A stretch of 64,000 nucleotides of DNA. Origin: Nitrospirota bacterium (GTDB lineage: Bacteria > Nitrospirota > Thermodesulfovibrionia > Thermodesulfovibrionales > JdFR-85). How positions within the stretch are numbered: position 1 is the stretch's first letter; the number at the start of each line of letters is the position of its first letter. The DNA is taken from the NCBI GenBank assembly GCA_035873375.1, contig JAYWMQ010000052.1:44331-108330 (forward strand), written 5' to 3'. Below, in pieces: positions 1 to 9,327 of this stretch. A program made the position numbers and the translations under genes. A model generated the notes under the pieces. It did no database searches. It had not been told where the DNA came from and worked only from the letters and a program-made list of their open reading frames with translations.

Positions 1-734
1 GACCACTCACACACATCTACCTTGGAAGCGAAATACTTTCCCTTGCTTCAATCCTTCCTGCCGGCCTGTATGAGCTTCTGCGGCGGTACAAGGATGACTT
101 TCTCTACGGAAATCTGATGGCAGACATAATCCTTGGTAAAAAATTCCTTCCCTACAACAGAAACTCCCATAGCTGGGATGTCGCCTTTGAGCTCATGGAT
201 GTAGCAGAGACTCAACAGCAGAAGGCCTTTGTCTATGGATATATAAGTCATCTTGCATCCGATACCGTAGCGCATGAGAAACTGACCTCGGGAAAGAGGC
301 ATATCGGACATACTGTCTTTGAACTGAAGTCCGACAGTCTTGTGGGAAGAAAATACTGGTTCAGGGCCGTTTCCATCAACAGAAAGGTCCGGAGGAGAAA
401 CGACACTTTCCTCGAATCAACACTCGAAAGCCCCTTCCTCTCTGTAAGGACCAACAAGAGGATATATCAGGGGATGGTACTCCTTACCTATCTCACCCCG
501 AAAAAAATGAATACTTTTATAGACAACAATCTTTTCTTACCGGACATGCCGAACTCCAAAAAGATAAAGGGCCTCCATAAGGACTCACTTGAGCGGATAC
601 TCGATATACTCACAAAGGGTGAGTGTTCGGATGTTATCGGAAAAGACCCTGTATCCCACATGGAGACCCGGGGCATAGGGAAACTCCTTAAGGGACTCTA
701 CGATGTCAACACCCCTGGACACGGAAAAGAGTAA
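1..734 (+). CDS. zinc-dependent phospholipase C-like family protein, 5'-truncated by the window edge
   Basis: The frame of ORF 117..734 stays open back to base 3 (PLTHIYLGSEILS...FLYGNLMADI). His/Asp motifs SHSWD and GYISHLASDTVAHEKL resemble the Zn-dependent PLC fold. Family call is by eye only. Confidence 0.5.
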   Translation, partial: PLTHIYLGSEILSLASILPAGLYELLRRYKDDFLYGNLMADIILGKKFLPYNRNSHSWDVAFELMDVAETQQQKAFVYGYISHLASDTVAHEKLTSGKRHIGHTVFELKSDSLVGRKYWFRAVSINRKVRRRNDTFLESTLESPFLSVRTNKRIYQGMVLLTYLTPKKMNTFIDNNLFLPDMPNSKKIKGLHKDSLERILDILTKGECSDVIGKDPVSHMETRGIGKLLKGLYDVNTPGHGKE

Positions 735-743
735 TTTTTTCAG

Positions 744-2012
744 ATGAGAGACCTCCTTGGCAGAGAAGAGGCTGTCACAGTTGAAAAGGCCCTCTCTCTC
801 CTTCTTGAACAAGCATTGCAGATTCCCTCCACTGAAAACACAGGCATAGAGAATGCCTATGGAAGGGTACTGTCGGCAGATGTAATCTCACCTGAAAACC
901 TCCCCGGCTTCAACCGCTCCACAATGGATGGATACGCCGTCAATTCAACAGACACTTTTGGGGCATCAGACAGTATGCCCGCATATCTGACAGTGACAGG
1001 CGAGGTACATATGGGGACAAAACCCGATCTTTCCCTTACTCGGGGTGAGGTAGCCGTTATACCTACAGGGGGAATGCTCCCTGACGGAGCAGATGCCGTT
1101 GTGATGTATGAACACACAAACAGGGTTGGTGAAGACATGCTGGAAGTGATGAAGGCAGTTGCACCTAACGAGAATGTCATCCTTGCCGATGAGGATGTTA
1201 AAGAGGGAGAGGTCATACTTGGGTCCGGACAGAGGCTCAGACCCCAGGATATCGGAGCACTTGCCGGTCTTGGCATACTCAACATAGATGTCTTCCGAAA
1301 ACCCGTTGTCGCCATCATCTCTACCGGGGATGAGGTCGTGCCGCCCGGCAAACCCCTTGCTGCCGGAGAGGTACGGGATATCAACTCCTACAACCTTGCA
1401 GGCCTGATCATACGCAGCGGCGGCACCCCCCTTAAAAAGGGAATAATCAGCGATGACTTTGACCTGCTCCGGGCAACGGTCAGGGAGAGCATGCAGGAGG
1501 CGCAGATGGTGCTAATCTCCGGGGGCAGCTCAGTGGGTACCCGGGATTACACCTCAAGAGTAATTGATGAACTCGGACATCCGGGCATCCTCTTTCACGG
1601 AGTAAGTATAAAGCCCGGTAAACCCTTGATTGGGGGCATGGTCAACGGAACCCCGCTCTTTGGGCTGCCAGGACACCCTGCAGCAGTCAGTGTCTGCTTT
1701 GAGACATTTATAGAACCTCTACTGAAAAAGATTTCAGGTGAAAATATGAGGGAAAAACGCCTGCCGTCGGGCAGGACCGTAAGGGCATTTTTTGGCAGGA
1801 ACATCTCCTCTTCAACCGGCAGGGAGGACCATATCAGGGTAGCCCTTGAATTACGGGATGACGGCCTCTGGGCCAGACCGATCCTCGGCAAGTCAGGACT
1901 CATCAGAACCCTTGTGGAGGCAGACGGTACTGTAATAATTCCACTTAATAAAAACGGTATATATGAGGGAGAAACGGTCGAGGTAAACCTCTTCAGCGAG
2001 TGTCCGGGTTGA
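744..2012 (+). CDS. moeA: molybdopterin molybdotransferase MoeA
   Basis: 422 aa. Has the MoeA N-terminal signature LPGFNRSTMDGYAV, the central MoCF-binding segment VAIISTGDEVV...GEVRDINS and LISGGSSVGTRDY, plus a C-terminal beta-barrel. Its 3' end overlaps the convergent gene by 20 bp. Confidence 0.9.
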   Translation: MRDLLGREEAVTVEKALSLLLEQALQIPSTENTGIENAYGRVLSADVISPENLPGFNRSTMDGYAVNSTDTFGASDSMPAYLTVTGEVHMGTKPDLSLTRGEVAVIPTGGMLPDGADAVVMYEHTNRVGEDMLEVMKAVAPNENVILADEDVKEGEVILGSGQRLRPQDIGALAGLGILNIDVFRKPVVAIISTGDEVVPPGKPLAAGEVRDINSYNLAGLIIRSGGTPLKKGIISDDFDLLRATVRESMQEAQMVLISGGSSVGTRDYTSRVIDELGHPGILFHGVSIKPGKPLIGGMVNGTPLFGLPGHPAAVSVCFETFIEPLLKKISGENMREKRLPSGRTVRAFFGRNISSSTGREDHIRVALELRDDGLWARPILGKSGLIRTLVEADGTVIIPLNKNGIYEGETVEVNLFSECPG

Positions 2013-3897
2013 GTGGGTGTTCCGTCTTCCTGATCCATATCTCATTGTCATCTATCTTTCTGTAAAAGATAAAGGTATCCCGGATGTATTTTGCAATCAC
2101 CGGTAATCTCTCCTCATTGGAAAAACCGTCAATCCTGTTTGCCCAGTGACTGTTCCTGTAAAGAACAAACTTCACATTATTCTTCTCAAGGCCTTTAATC
2201 ACTTCATTTTGATAGAAATACGGTATGGCAAATATTATTACAGGAAACCGGCTTGGAGACGGCCTGTCAATAAAATAATACCAGCTTGCCTCGGCCGTCA
2301 TTGTAAAGAACGATTCATCAGGGGCTAAATTATTCCGCAAAAACGAAATGGTAGCCTTGTAATTATCAGGAATGATTTCAGAATCCTTCACGCCGAGCGG
2401 AAAGTTCTCCTTGATCAGGTCCCCCCTGTATATTTGATAGACACCTAATGAGAAAATTACCGCAACTACAGCGGCAAGTAAATAGGTGTATGTTTTCGTA
2501 AAGGCATATCCACGAAGGAATTTATGACTGTAATGTTTTATGATAATATAAATAGAAAGGATATAAGTTACAGGAATGCTGTAAGCAACATGAGGCCAGT
2601 CTGAACGGCCCAGGGCAGACCTGAACAGGAACAGAGAGAGTATCAACATTGAAAACTCTACAAGGTATTTTTCCATAAAGCTCCTGACCGAACCTCTCAG
2701 CCTCCCGTTATTGAGATGTAGTTCCTGCATAAATTTAAACGCAACCCAGAACGTATTCGCTGCTATAATGACAGAGACTGCAAGAAACAATTTATTAAAA
2801 ACAGGATACACATAACCGCTCATCAATTCCCTGTACCTCGGCATCGTCAGGAAGACATATTTGAAGAAGTCGGTAAGACCTCCCCAAAGAAGAAATCCCA
2901 CCAGGAATACTGCCGACAGCAGTCCCAGAAATGAAGAGAACAGGAAATACCTGCGAAGGTTGCCTTTATGAAAATATAGAACATAGAGCACCGGAAAGAG
3001 GATCAGGTAGGCTGCAAACAGAAAGACCCCCCTGTCCACTGAGTAACCAAAAGATGCCAGCGGGATGAATGAAAACAGGAATCCTGCCATGAAAAATCCT
3101 TTTACACTGAAAGCCTGTGCCTTGCCAATATCCTGCAGTATTACAATAGTAATCAGGAATAGAAATACAGTTATATCCCTTGCCTTGATAAAGACCAGGG
3201 GAAGAAGGTGAAACATCGAGGAACTATGCAGCAAGGCCAATATAGTAACAGAAGTAAATGAATACAGGTGCCTTCCACGATAGAGCTGGAGCATGAAGAC
3301 GGAGAACAAGACAAAAGTTAATATCTTTACTATAGACTCGAGTGTCCTTACCGAACCGATGGATTTACCAAACAGGCGAAAGGCTATCACTGAACGGAGG
3401 GGATTCTCATAAAGACCGTGGAGAAATATAAAATCCTTATAGGGGGTCTGCCCTGCCATATAGGATACGGCAGGCCCGAGGGTTTCACCCTCATGAAATG
3501 AATCAAATTTTCCCGAGGCATGGAAAGTCGGGATATTAAGTGCCACAATTATCGAAAATACAATGAGAAGGATTGACAGGAGGGCCTTGACCGGAGGCCG
3601 GAAATTATGCAGGGAAGCGCGGACAGGACTGGAGGACTCCGCAAAGATGATATCATTAAGCTTCCTTCTGCCCAAAAGATATGCTATGAAGAGCAGCAGC
3701 AACGGGGACAACAGAAAAACTGCAAATCGCACTACATCGTTAGATGGATTATACTGTATCTCCGTGAGTTTTCCCTTGACACCCCACGGATTCTGAAAGG
3801 GCAGCTCGATCCTGTTCCAGAGTAAAAGTCCAATGGCAATACCCGCAAAAAAAAGGACAAACAGAACTGAATACTTTATAACCCTTTCTTGTTTCAT
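1993..3897 (-). CDS. polytopic integral membrane protein, function unknown (possibly a GT-C-like glycosyltransferase)
   Basis: 634 aa. About 12-14 hydrophobic helices span most of its length, followed by a ~170-aa soluble C-terminal domain. I recognise no catalytic motif. It lies downstream of the terminator at 3945..3982, so it is probably its own transcription unit. Confidence 0.7.
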   Translation of the reverse strand: MKQERVIKYSVLFVLFFAGIAIGLLLWNRIELPFQNPWGVKGKLTEIQYNPSNDVVRFAVFLLSPLLLLFIAYLLGRRKLNDIIFAESSSPVRASLHNFRPPVKALLSILLIVFSIIVALNIPTFHASGKFDSFHEGETLGPAVSYMAGQTPYKDFIFLHGLYENPLRSVIAFRLFGKSIGSVRTLESIVKILTFVLFSVFMLQLYRGRHLYSFTSVTILALLHSSSMFHLLPLVFIKARDITVFLFLITIVILQDIGKAQAFSVKGFFMAGFLFSFIPLASFGYSVDRGVFLFAAYLILFPVLYVLYFHKGNLRRYFLFSSFLGLLSAVFLVGFLLWGGLTDFFKYVFLTMPRYRELMSGYVYPVFNKLFLAVSVIIAANTFWVAFKFMQELHLNNGRLRGSVRSFMEKYLVEFSMLILSLFLFRSALGRSDWPHVAYSIPVTYILSIYIIIKHYSHKFLRGYAFTKTYTYLLAAVVAVIFSLGVYQIYRGDLIKENFPLGVKDSEIIPDNYKATISFLRNNLAPDESFFTMTAEASWYYFIDRPSPSRFPVIIFAIPYFYQNEVIKGLEKNNVKFVLYRNSHWANRIDGFSNEERLPVIAKYIRDTFIFYRKIDDNEIWIRKTEHPLNPDTR

Positions 3898-3944
3898 CCA
3901 CTCCCGTATAACTGCATCCGTTTTTTCAGTATACCCGAATCCGT

Positions 3945-3982
3945 CACAAAAAAGGGGGGTCTATAGAATCTATAGACCCCCC
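3945..3982 (-). terminator. rho-independent terminator closing the acs/nuoEFG-like operon
   Basis: Perfect 14-bp stem: aggggggtctatag (3952..3965), loop aat, ctatagacccccct (3969..3982). On the minus strand it is followed by a T-run (complement of aaaaaa at 3947..3952). It sits 35 nt downstream of the stop at 4017. Confidence 0.85.
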
Positions 3983-4016
3983 TTTATACCAGCATATGTC
4001 TTAAACATACATCTAT

Positions 4017-6026
4017 CTAAACCTCTGCAACCGCCTGTTCAACCTCTTTCAGCCACAGAAGCCTTGAACCGTTTATCATTGTCGTATTAACGGCCTCAAC
4101 AAGTTCTTCGGGGTTAAAGGCAAGGTCTTCTCTCTTGCTGAAGGGCACGGGTCTTGCCCCTGCAGTGACTGCCTTCTTCTCCTTTTTTACGTCAGCACTC
4201 TTTGCCGCTTTCAGGTCGATGTTCATCTTTTTTGCAATGCCTTTAAGTATCTCCCTGTGGGCCTTGGCCTCTCCAAAAGGTTCAATCGCCCTGTCAAGTG
4301 TCTTGAGCCTCCCCGTATAATCCACAACTGAGCCATCCGTCTCAAAAGATGTGGCTGCCGGAAGCACAAGGTCTGCCTCTTTTGCAAGCTCACTGAGATG
4401 TGAATGCTGAACAATCAGAAAATCCACACCCGAAGGCCTCTTAAAAGGCACTTCTCCAACGGCATAGAGAATCTTTTTTGCCACGCCGGAAGTCATCCCG
4501 GTATACGTTGCTCCCTCGCCTTTGAGTCCCATAAGAAGCGTCCCCTTGGCATTGGCCTCAATCGGCACTGCCAGGGCATCACCCTTCAGGAGGGATATAT
4601 TGGCAGAGGTCTCGTACAGCAGGGGGGAAGAGAGGATTACAGGTGACTTTGCCACTGAGTACATCTCTGCCACCATTGTCATATCCTCACTCAACTCCGC
4701 TTCAGGTATCTCAAGCCCCTCAGGTGCCTTGAGCCCCAGCCCTGTCAATGCCTTTGCCAAACCTCCAAGCACAACGGCCTCATCGCCCTGAAGGGTCTTT
4801 ATAGCTACGTCTGAAAGCCTTATCTGCCCTGAATTAATCACTACCAGCTTTGCCCCCCTTGAAACCATCTTTCTCAGGGTGGCATCAAGTGCTGGAAAGA
4901 CCCTCTGCCACTGTGACGGATTGATGCCGGCAAGCAGCACAAGGTCAGCACCTTCCAGGTCAACCTCGTCTCCTAAAAGTGAAGGTGCGTCTGCATAGAG
5001 GCTCACCGTGGAATCAATGTCTTTTACTCCGGTTGTCCCGGCAAAGTTCCTTAAAGTAAGGATATCCTCGTTAAGGAGATTTCCGGTGGTCACAATCCCT
5101 GCATCAGAAGGACTCCTGAGCAGATCAGCCGCTGTTGCATATGCCTCATCCCAGCTGACCGGCTTCAGCTCACCATCAATCCTTTTCAGGGGACTCATCA
5201 CCCTTGTATCCGCATTTATAAAATCAAAACCGAATCTTCCATAGGCACAGATATAATGCCCGGCCCTGCCGTCATCTGCTCCGGCATTCACCTTTGCCAC
5301 ATCCTTGTCATGAACGCTCACGACTGTATCACAGGCGTTGCCGCAGGAGAGACATACAGAGTTGTATCTCTCATACTCCCACTCCCTGCCCTTGCGCCAC
5401 CGGTCAGCCTCAAGGAGTGCGTTTACCGGACAGGCGTCAACACAACTGCCGCAGAAGGTACAGCCTCCCTCCTGAAGGGGTTTGTCTTCTGCTGTAACCA
5501 CCCTTGAACCCACCCCACGGCCCTGGAAGTCAAGGACTGACGTTCCCTGCTCCTTGCATACCCTTACACAACGTCCGCAAAGGATACAGTAATCAGGGTC
5601 ACGATTGATGAATGGATTTTTGTTATCAACCGGAAACCCGAACTTCTTTCTCGTAAATGATGATTCCTTTATCTCAAAGTCATAGGCATACTTCTGGAGC
5701 TCACACACCCCTGCCTTTGTACATGTCATGCAGTCAAGGGGATGCATTGAGAGGATCAGGTCTATAACGAACTTTCTGAGCTCCCTGATCTTTTCATTGT
5801 CGGTAACAACATCCATCCCTGCTTTCGTCTTCATGATACATCCTGTGGTCAACCTGCCGCCAATCTCAACCATACACATCCTGCAAGCGCCGATACCCCT
5901 CATACCCTTCAGATAACAGAAGTTCGGTATATGAACACCCACGCTCTCAGCGGCATCAATAAGATTCATACCTGCGGGAACTTTATACTCTGCACCGTTT
6001 ATACTGATTTTAACCATCTTACCCAT
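4017..6026 (-). CDS. NuoG-like Fe-S / molybdopterin-oxidoreductase-fold subunit (non-catalytic Fdh-like)
   Basis: 669 aa. N-terminal 2Fe-2S ferredoxin fold (ISINGAEYKVPAGMNLIDAA...CRMCMVEI), a His-ligated 4Fe-4S region and two ferredoxin motifs (CILCGRCVRVC, CTFCGSCVDACPVNAL). This is followed by an MopB-type CxxCxxxC (CLSCGNAC) and a NuoG-like body. Good SD (AAGGAGG, 7 nt, ATG). Confidence 0.85.
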   Translation of the reverse strand: MGKMVKISINGAEYKVPAGMNLIDAAESVGVHIPNFCYLKGMRGIGACRMCMVEIGGRLTTGCIMKTKAGMDVVTDNEKIRELRKFVIDLILSMHPLDCMTCTKAGVCELQKYAYDFEIKESSFTRKKFGFPVDNKNPFINRDPDYCILCGRCVRVCKEQGTSVLDFQGRGVGSRVVTAEDKPLQEGGCTFCGSCVDACPVNALLEADRWRKGREWEYERYNSVCLSCGNACDTVVSVHDKDVAKVNAGADDGRAGHYICAYGRFGFDFINADTRVMSPLKRIDGELKPVSWDEAYATAADLLRSPSDAGIVTTGNLLNEDILTLRNFAGTTGVKDIDSTVSLYADAPSLLGDEVDLEGADLVLLAGINPSQWQRVFPALDATLRKMVSRGAKLVVINSGQIRLSDVAIKTLQGDEAVVLGGLAKALTGLGLKAPEGLEIPEAELSEDMTMVAEMYSVAKSPVILSSPLLYETSANISLLKGDALAVPIEANAKGTLLMGLKGEGATYTGMTSGVAKKILYAVGEVPFKRPSGVDFLIVQHSHLSELAKEADLVLPAATSFETDGSVVDYTGRLKTLDRAIEPFGEAKAHREILKGIAKKMNIDLKAAKSADVKKEKKAVTAGARPVPFSKREDLAFNPEELVEAVNTTMINGSRLLWLKEVEQAVAEV

Positions 6027-6112
6027 ACTCGGTCCTCCTTAAGTTATACTCTAAAATTTAAACTACCACCCTTATCCCAGGCCGCAGATTTTCGCTGGTT
6101 TACGAGATTACC

Positions 6113-6706
6113 TTATGCCTCTACTTTCTCCATCTCCCTGATATCCACAATCTCAATGGCATCGTCCTTACAGACTTTTATACACTCTCCGCACCTGGTG
6201 CACCTCATCTCTGCAATCTCAAAGGGCAGATACCCCAATCTGTAAGGAAGCTTTTTTTCTCCAATAATGGCAAAATCCTTGCAGGCCTCCAGACAGTCAC
6301 CACACATGGTGCACTTATGGGGGATAACCTTGTATACAAAGAGGGCATTGCACTCCCTGGCAGGGCATGCACCCCCTGCATGTACTGTGTATTCTTCAGA
6401 CATCTCATCAAGTGTATCAATAAAGAACCTTGCTGTATCTTTCCCCTTCTTACACATCGAGGTCTCGAGCATCTTCGGGGCAATATCGCCGATAACCCGG
6501 ATATCCTCCTCTGTCCCCCTGCCTTCTGAAAGCCTTTTGAGCCTTATTCTCATCTCATAACTGCCCATCGGACATGGAAGACACCTTCCGCACATCGGAC
6601 CATCTATAAACTCCTCAAGCAGTCTAAGGCCTTTCCGGACAACACACTTCTGCTCCTCAATCTCTTCAAATATCTCTTTTAAATTCTTCTCTTTTGTTTC
6701 AGGCAT
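6113..6706 (-). CDS. small Fe-S protein: NuoF-type C-terminal 4Fe-4S (N3-like) domain fused to a 2x[4Fe-4S] ferredoxin
   Basis: 197 aa. MCGRCLPCPMGSYEM resembles the NuoF SCGKCxPCREG cluster motif but there is no FMN/NADH-binding domain. The C-terminus has CTMCGDCLEAC and CTRCGECIKVC ferredoxin motifs. SD is GGAGG. Confidence 0.8.
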   Translation of the reverse strand: MPETKEKNLKEIFEEIEEQKCVVRKGLRLLEEFIDGPMCGRCLPCPMGSYEMRIRLKRLSEGRGTEEDIRVIGDIAPKMLETSMCKKGKDTARFFIDTLDEMSEEYTVHAGGACPARECNALFVYKVIPHKCTMCGDCLEACKDFAIIGEKKLPYRLGYLPFEIAEMRCTRCGECIKVCKDDAIEIVDIREMEKVEA

Positions 6707-6845
6707 AATACCTCCGCTGTAACAGTTTAAGCCATGTTAAACCTCATTGAGGATTGGAAATCTCAGATCTGAAATTGTAAATTTATTCTGTAAACTCACT
6801 GATTCCGGGCTTTTATTTCCCAATCTTCAATCTATAAATTTATTT

Positions 6846-8738
6846 TTAAACCTTTCCTGCTTCTCCGGCAACCTTCTCTATCTTTACTGCATCAACCGGG
6901 CATGCGGCATAACACGCCTTACACTTTGTACAGTACGCCTCGTCAATAAAGAACTTATCCTTCAGTTCCCTTACAGCTCCAAATGCACATGCCTGCTTGC
7001 AGAGGCCACAGAGGAAACATTCGGTATGATCTATTCTGTAGCGGCCAAGACCGTTACAGGCCTTTGCCCTGCAGTACTTATCATAGATGTGCTCTTCATA
7101 CTCCTCCCTGAAATACCTCAGTGTACTCAACACAGGGTTGGAAGCACTCTGACCAAGACCGCAGAGTGAGCCCTCCTGGATAAGCCTGCCAAGTTCTTCA
7201 AGCCTCTCGATATCCCCGTGTGCGCCCTTGCCGCTGACTATCCTCTCAAGGATTTCGAGCATCTGCGAGGTACCAATCCTGCATGGCGGACACTTGCCGC
7301 AGGACTCGGATTGAGTAAAAGAAAGAAAATACCTTGCCATATCAACCATACAGGTATCCTCATCCACAACCACCATCCCGCCGGAGCCCATCATGGAGCC
7401 AAGCTCCCTGAGGGAATCAAAGTCAACCGGGTTATCGAGATAACTCTCAGGTATGCAGCCACCTGACGGTCCCCCGGTCTGTACAGCCTTGAATTTTTTA
7501 TTTCCCATAATTCCGCCGCCGATCTCAAATATTATCTCCCTGAGAGTGGTTCCCATCGGAACCTCGACAAGACCGGTATTCTTGACCTTGCCCGTCAGGG
7601 CAAAGACCTTTGTCCCGGGCGAATTTTTGGTTCCTATCGACAGGAACCAGTCAGCACCCTTTTCTATTATCGGAGGTACACAGACATATGTCTCGATATT
7701 GTTGAGGTTGGTCGGATACCCCCACAAGCCTCCGCCTGGCTCTGAGAGTCTCGGAGGTCTCGGCCTCGGGAATCCGCGCTCTCCCTCGATAGAGGCCACA
7801 AGGGCAGTTGATTCTCCACAGACAAAGGCACCTGCACCCTCACGTAAGTCAAGGTGAAAACTGAAATCAGTACCAAGTATATTATCACCAAGGAGGCCCA
7901 GATCTTCAGCCTGACCTATGGCTGTCTTCAGGTTCTTCACTGCAAGCGGATACTCATGACGGACGTAAATAAAACCAAACTCTGCATTAATTGCACGCGC
8001 ACAGATCAACATCCCCTCTATAAGGCTATGGGGGTCACCCTCCATGATGGCCCTGTCCATAAACGCCCCTGGATCACCCTCATCCCCATTGGCAACCACA
8101 AATTTTATATCTCCGGAGGCCTTTACAGTATGCCGCCACTTCTTTCCGGCAGGGAAACCTGCACCACCACGTCCGCGCAGGTTTGCCTTGTCCACTTCAT
8201 CGAGGATCGCTTCAGGGGTCATGCCGGTAAGGGCCTTTTCAAGTGCGGTGTAGCCGCCAACAGCTATGTAGTGGTCTATATTATTGGGATCAACAACTCC
8301 GTTGTATTTTAGTGCAATCCTGTACTGTTTTTTATAAAAAGGTAACTCGTCAGCCATCTCATAGGGTTCATGAAGGATCGAATCCCTGTAAAGGAGGTGC
8401 CTTACCGGAAAGCCCGCTGCAAGTGTATTTGTGACAATTTCCTGTGCATCCTCGGTCTTGACCCTCTGATAGAAATAACCAGTCGGCTCAACCTTCATGA
8501 GTGGACCCTTCTGACAGAGTCCCTGACAGCCTGTCTTGACAATATCTACGTCGATTCCCTTGTCCGCAGCACTCTTTTCGATATTATCAACTACCTTCCT
8601 TGCACCTGAGGCCATACAGGCTGTACCTGTACAGACCCGGATCCTCTCCTTGTCTTCCTTAAATGTCTCATCCTTGAGCAGGAGTCTCAGATTTTTCAGG
8701 TCTTCCATGTTTTTCAGTCTTGCCATATCACTCCTCAC
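6846..8738 (-). CDS. NuoF/HydB-like NAD(H)- and FMN-binding Fe-S subunit
   Basis: 630 aa. N-terminal thioredoxin-like 2Fe-2S domain (CTGTACMASG...CQGLCQKGP). NuoF core motifs GRGGAGFPAGKKW, ANGDEGDPGAFMDR and ESCGKCPPCRIG. C-terminal 2x[4Fe-4S] (CFLCGLCKQAC, CTKCKACYAACP). The track start at 8738 is GTG. The ATG at 8726, preceded by GAGGAG, may be the real start. Confidence 0.9.
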   Translation of the reverse strand: MRSDMARLKNMEDLKNLRLLLKDETFKEDKERIRVCTGTACMASGARKVVDNIEKSAADKGIDVDIVKTGCQGLCQKGPLMKVEPTGYFYQRVKTEDAQEIVTNTLAAGFPVRHLLYRDSILHEPYEMADELPFYKKQYRIALKYNGVVDPNNIDHYIAVGGYTALEKALTGMTPEAILDEVDKANLRGRGGAGFPAGKKWRHTVKASGDIKFVVANGDEGDPGAFMDRAIMEGDPHSLIEGMLICARAINAEFGFIYVRHEYPLAVKNLKTAIGQAEDLGLLGDNILGTDFSFHLDLREGAGAFVCGESTALVASIEGERGFPRPRPPRLSEPGGGLWGYPTNLNNIETYVCVPPIIEKGADWFLSIGTKNSPGTKVFALTGKVKNTGLVEVPMGTTLREIIFEIGGGIMGNKKFKAVQTGGPSGGCIPESYLDNPVDFDSLRELGSMMGSGGMVVVDEDTCMVDMARYFLSFTQSESCGKCPPCRIGTSQMLEILERIVSGKGAHGDIERLEELGRLIQEGSLCGLGQSASNPVLSTLRYFREEYEEHIYDKYCRAKACNGLGRYRIDHTECFLCGLCKQACAFGAVRELKDKFFIDEAYCTKCKACYAACPVDAVKIEKVAGEAGKV

Positions 8739-8791
8739 CGGGTTTGTTTGTAATTACTGTTAATTATAGAGAAAAGCGAATCCTCATCACT

Positions 8792-9277
8792 TTACTCTTC
8801 TTCAATCATCTTTATAAGCTCATCGACCTTCTTCGGTCCAATCTCGCCCACAACCTCATCATTCACCGTGGCAACCGGGGCAAGTCCGCAACAACCAACA
8901 CACCCGACTGTCTCAAGCGTCATTGCAAGGTCTTCCGTGGTCTCGCCAACACCAACATTAAACTCCTTCTCAAGTACCTCAAGCACCTTTCCGGCACCAC
9001 GAACATGACAGGCAGTCCCCATACAGACCCTCACAATCTTGCGGCCCCTTGGCGTAAAATGAAACTGACCATAAAAACTTGCCACGCTGTAAATCTCTGC
9101 CAGGGGCAGATCAAGCTTTCTGGAAAGCCTCTCAAGGGCCTCTCCGGGAAGAAACCCGTAATCCTCCTGTATCCTGTGGAGAATGGGTATCAATAATCCC
9201 TTTTTCCTGTCATGCTCACATATTACCCGTCCAACCTTTCCAATCTCTCTTTCAATGTCAAGACCTTCTATGTCCAT
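8792..9277 (-). CDS. NuoE/HydC-like 2Fe-2S subunit
   Basis: 161 aa. Thioredoxin-like 2Fe-2S pattern CMGTACHVRGA...VGCVGCCGLAPV, typical of NuoE/HndA. Confidence 0.9.
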   Translation of the reverse strand: MDIEGLDIEREIGKVGRVICEHDRKKGLLIPILHRIQEDYGFLPGEALERLSRKLDLPLAEIYSVASFYGQFHFTPRGRKIVRVCMGTACHVRGAGKVLEVLEKEFNVGVGETTEDLAMTLETVGCVGCCGLAPVATVNDEVVGEIGPKKVDELIKMIEEE

Positions 9278-9327
9278 AGTATCCCCCGAATTTAATAATG
9301 TTGAATGCTAAAATCTAAAATCTCGAG

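Noticed and set aside
4017-6026. Calling the 669-aa protein a formate dehydrogenase catalytic subunit
   Set aside because: It is too short for a full FdhA with an N-terminal Fe-S extension. By eye, I find no Cys or in-frame TGA (Sec) followed by His at the expected active-site position. It looks NuoG-like instead. This needs a proper alignment to be certain.
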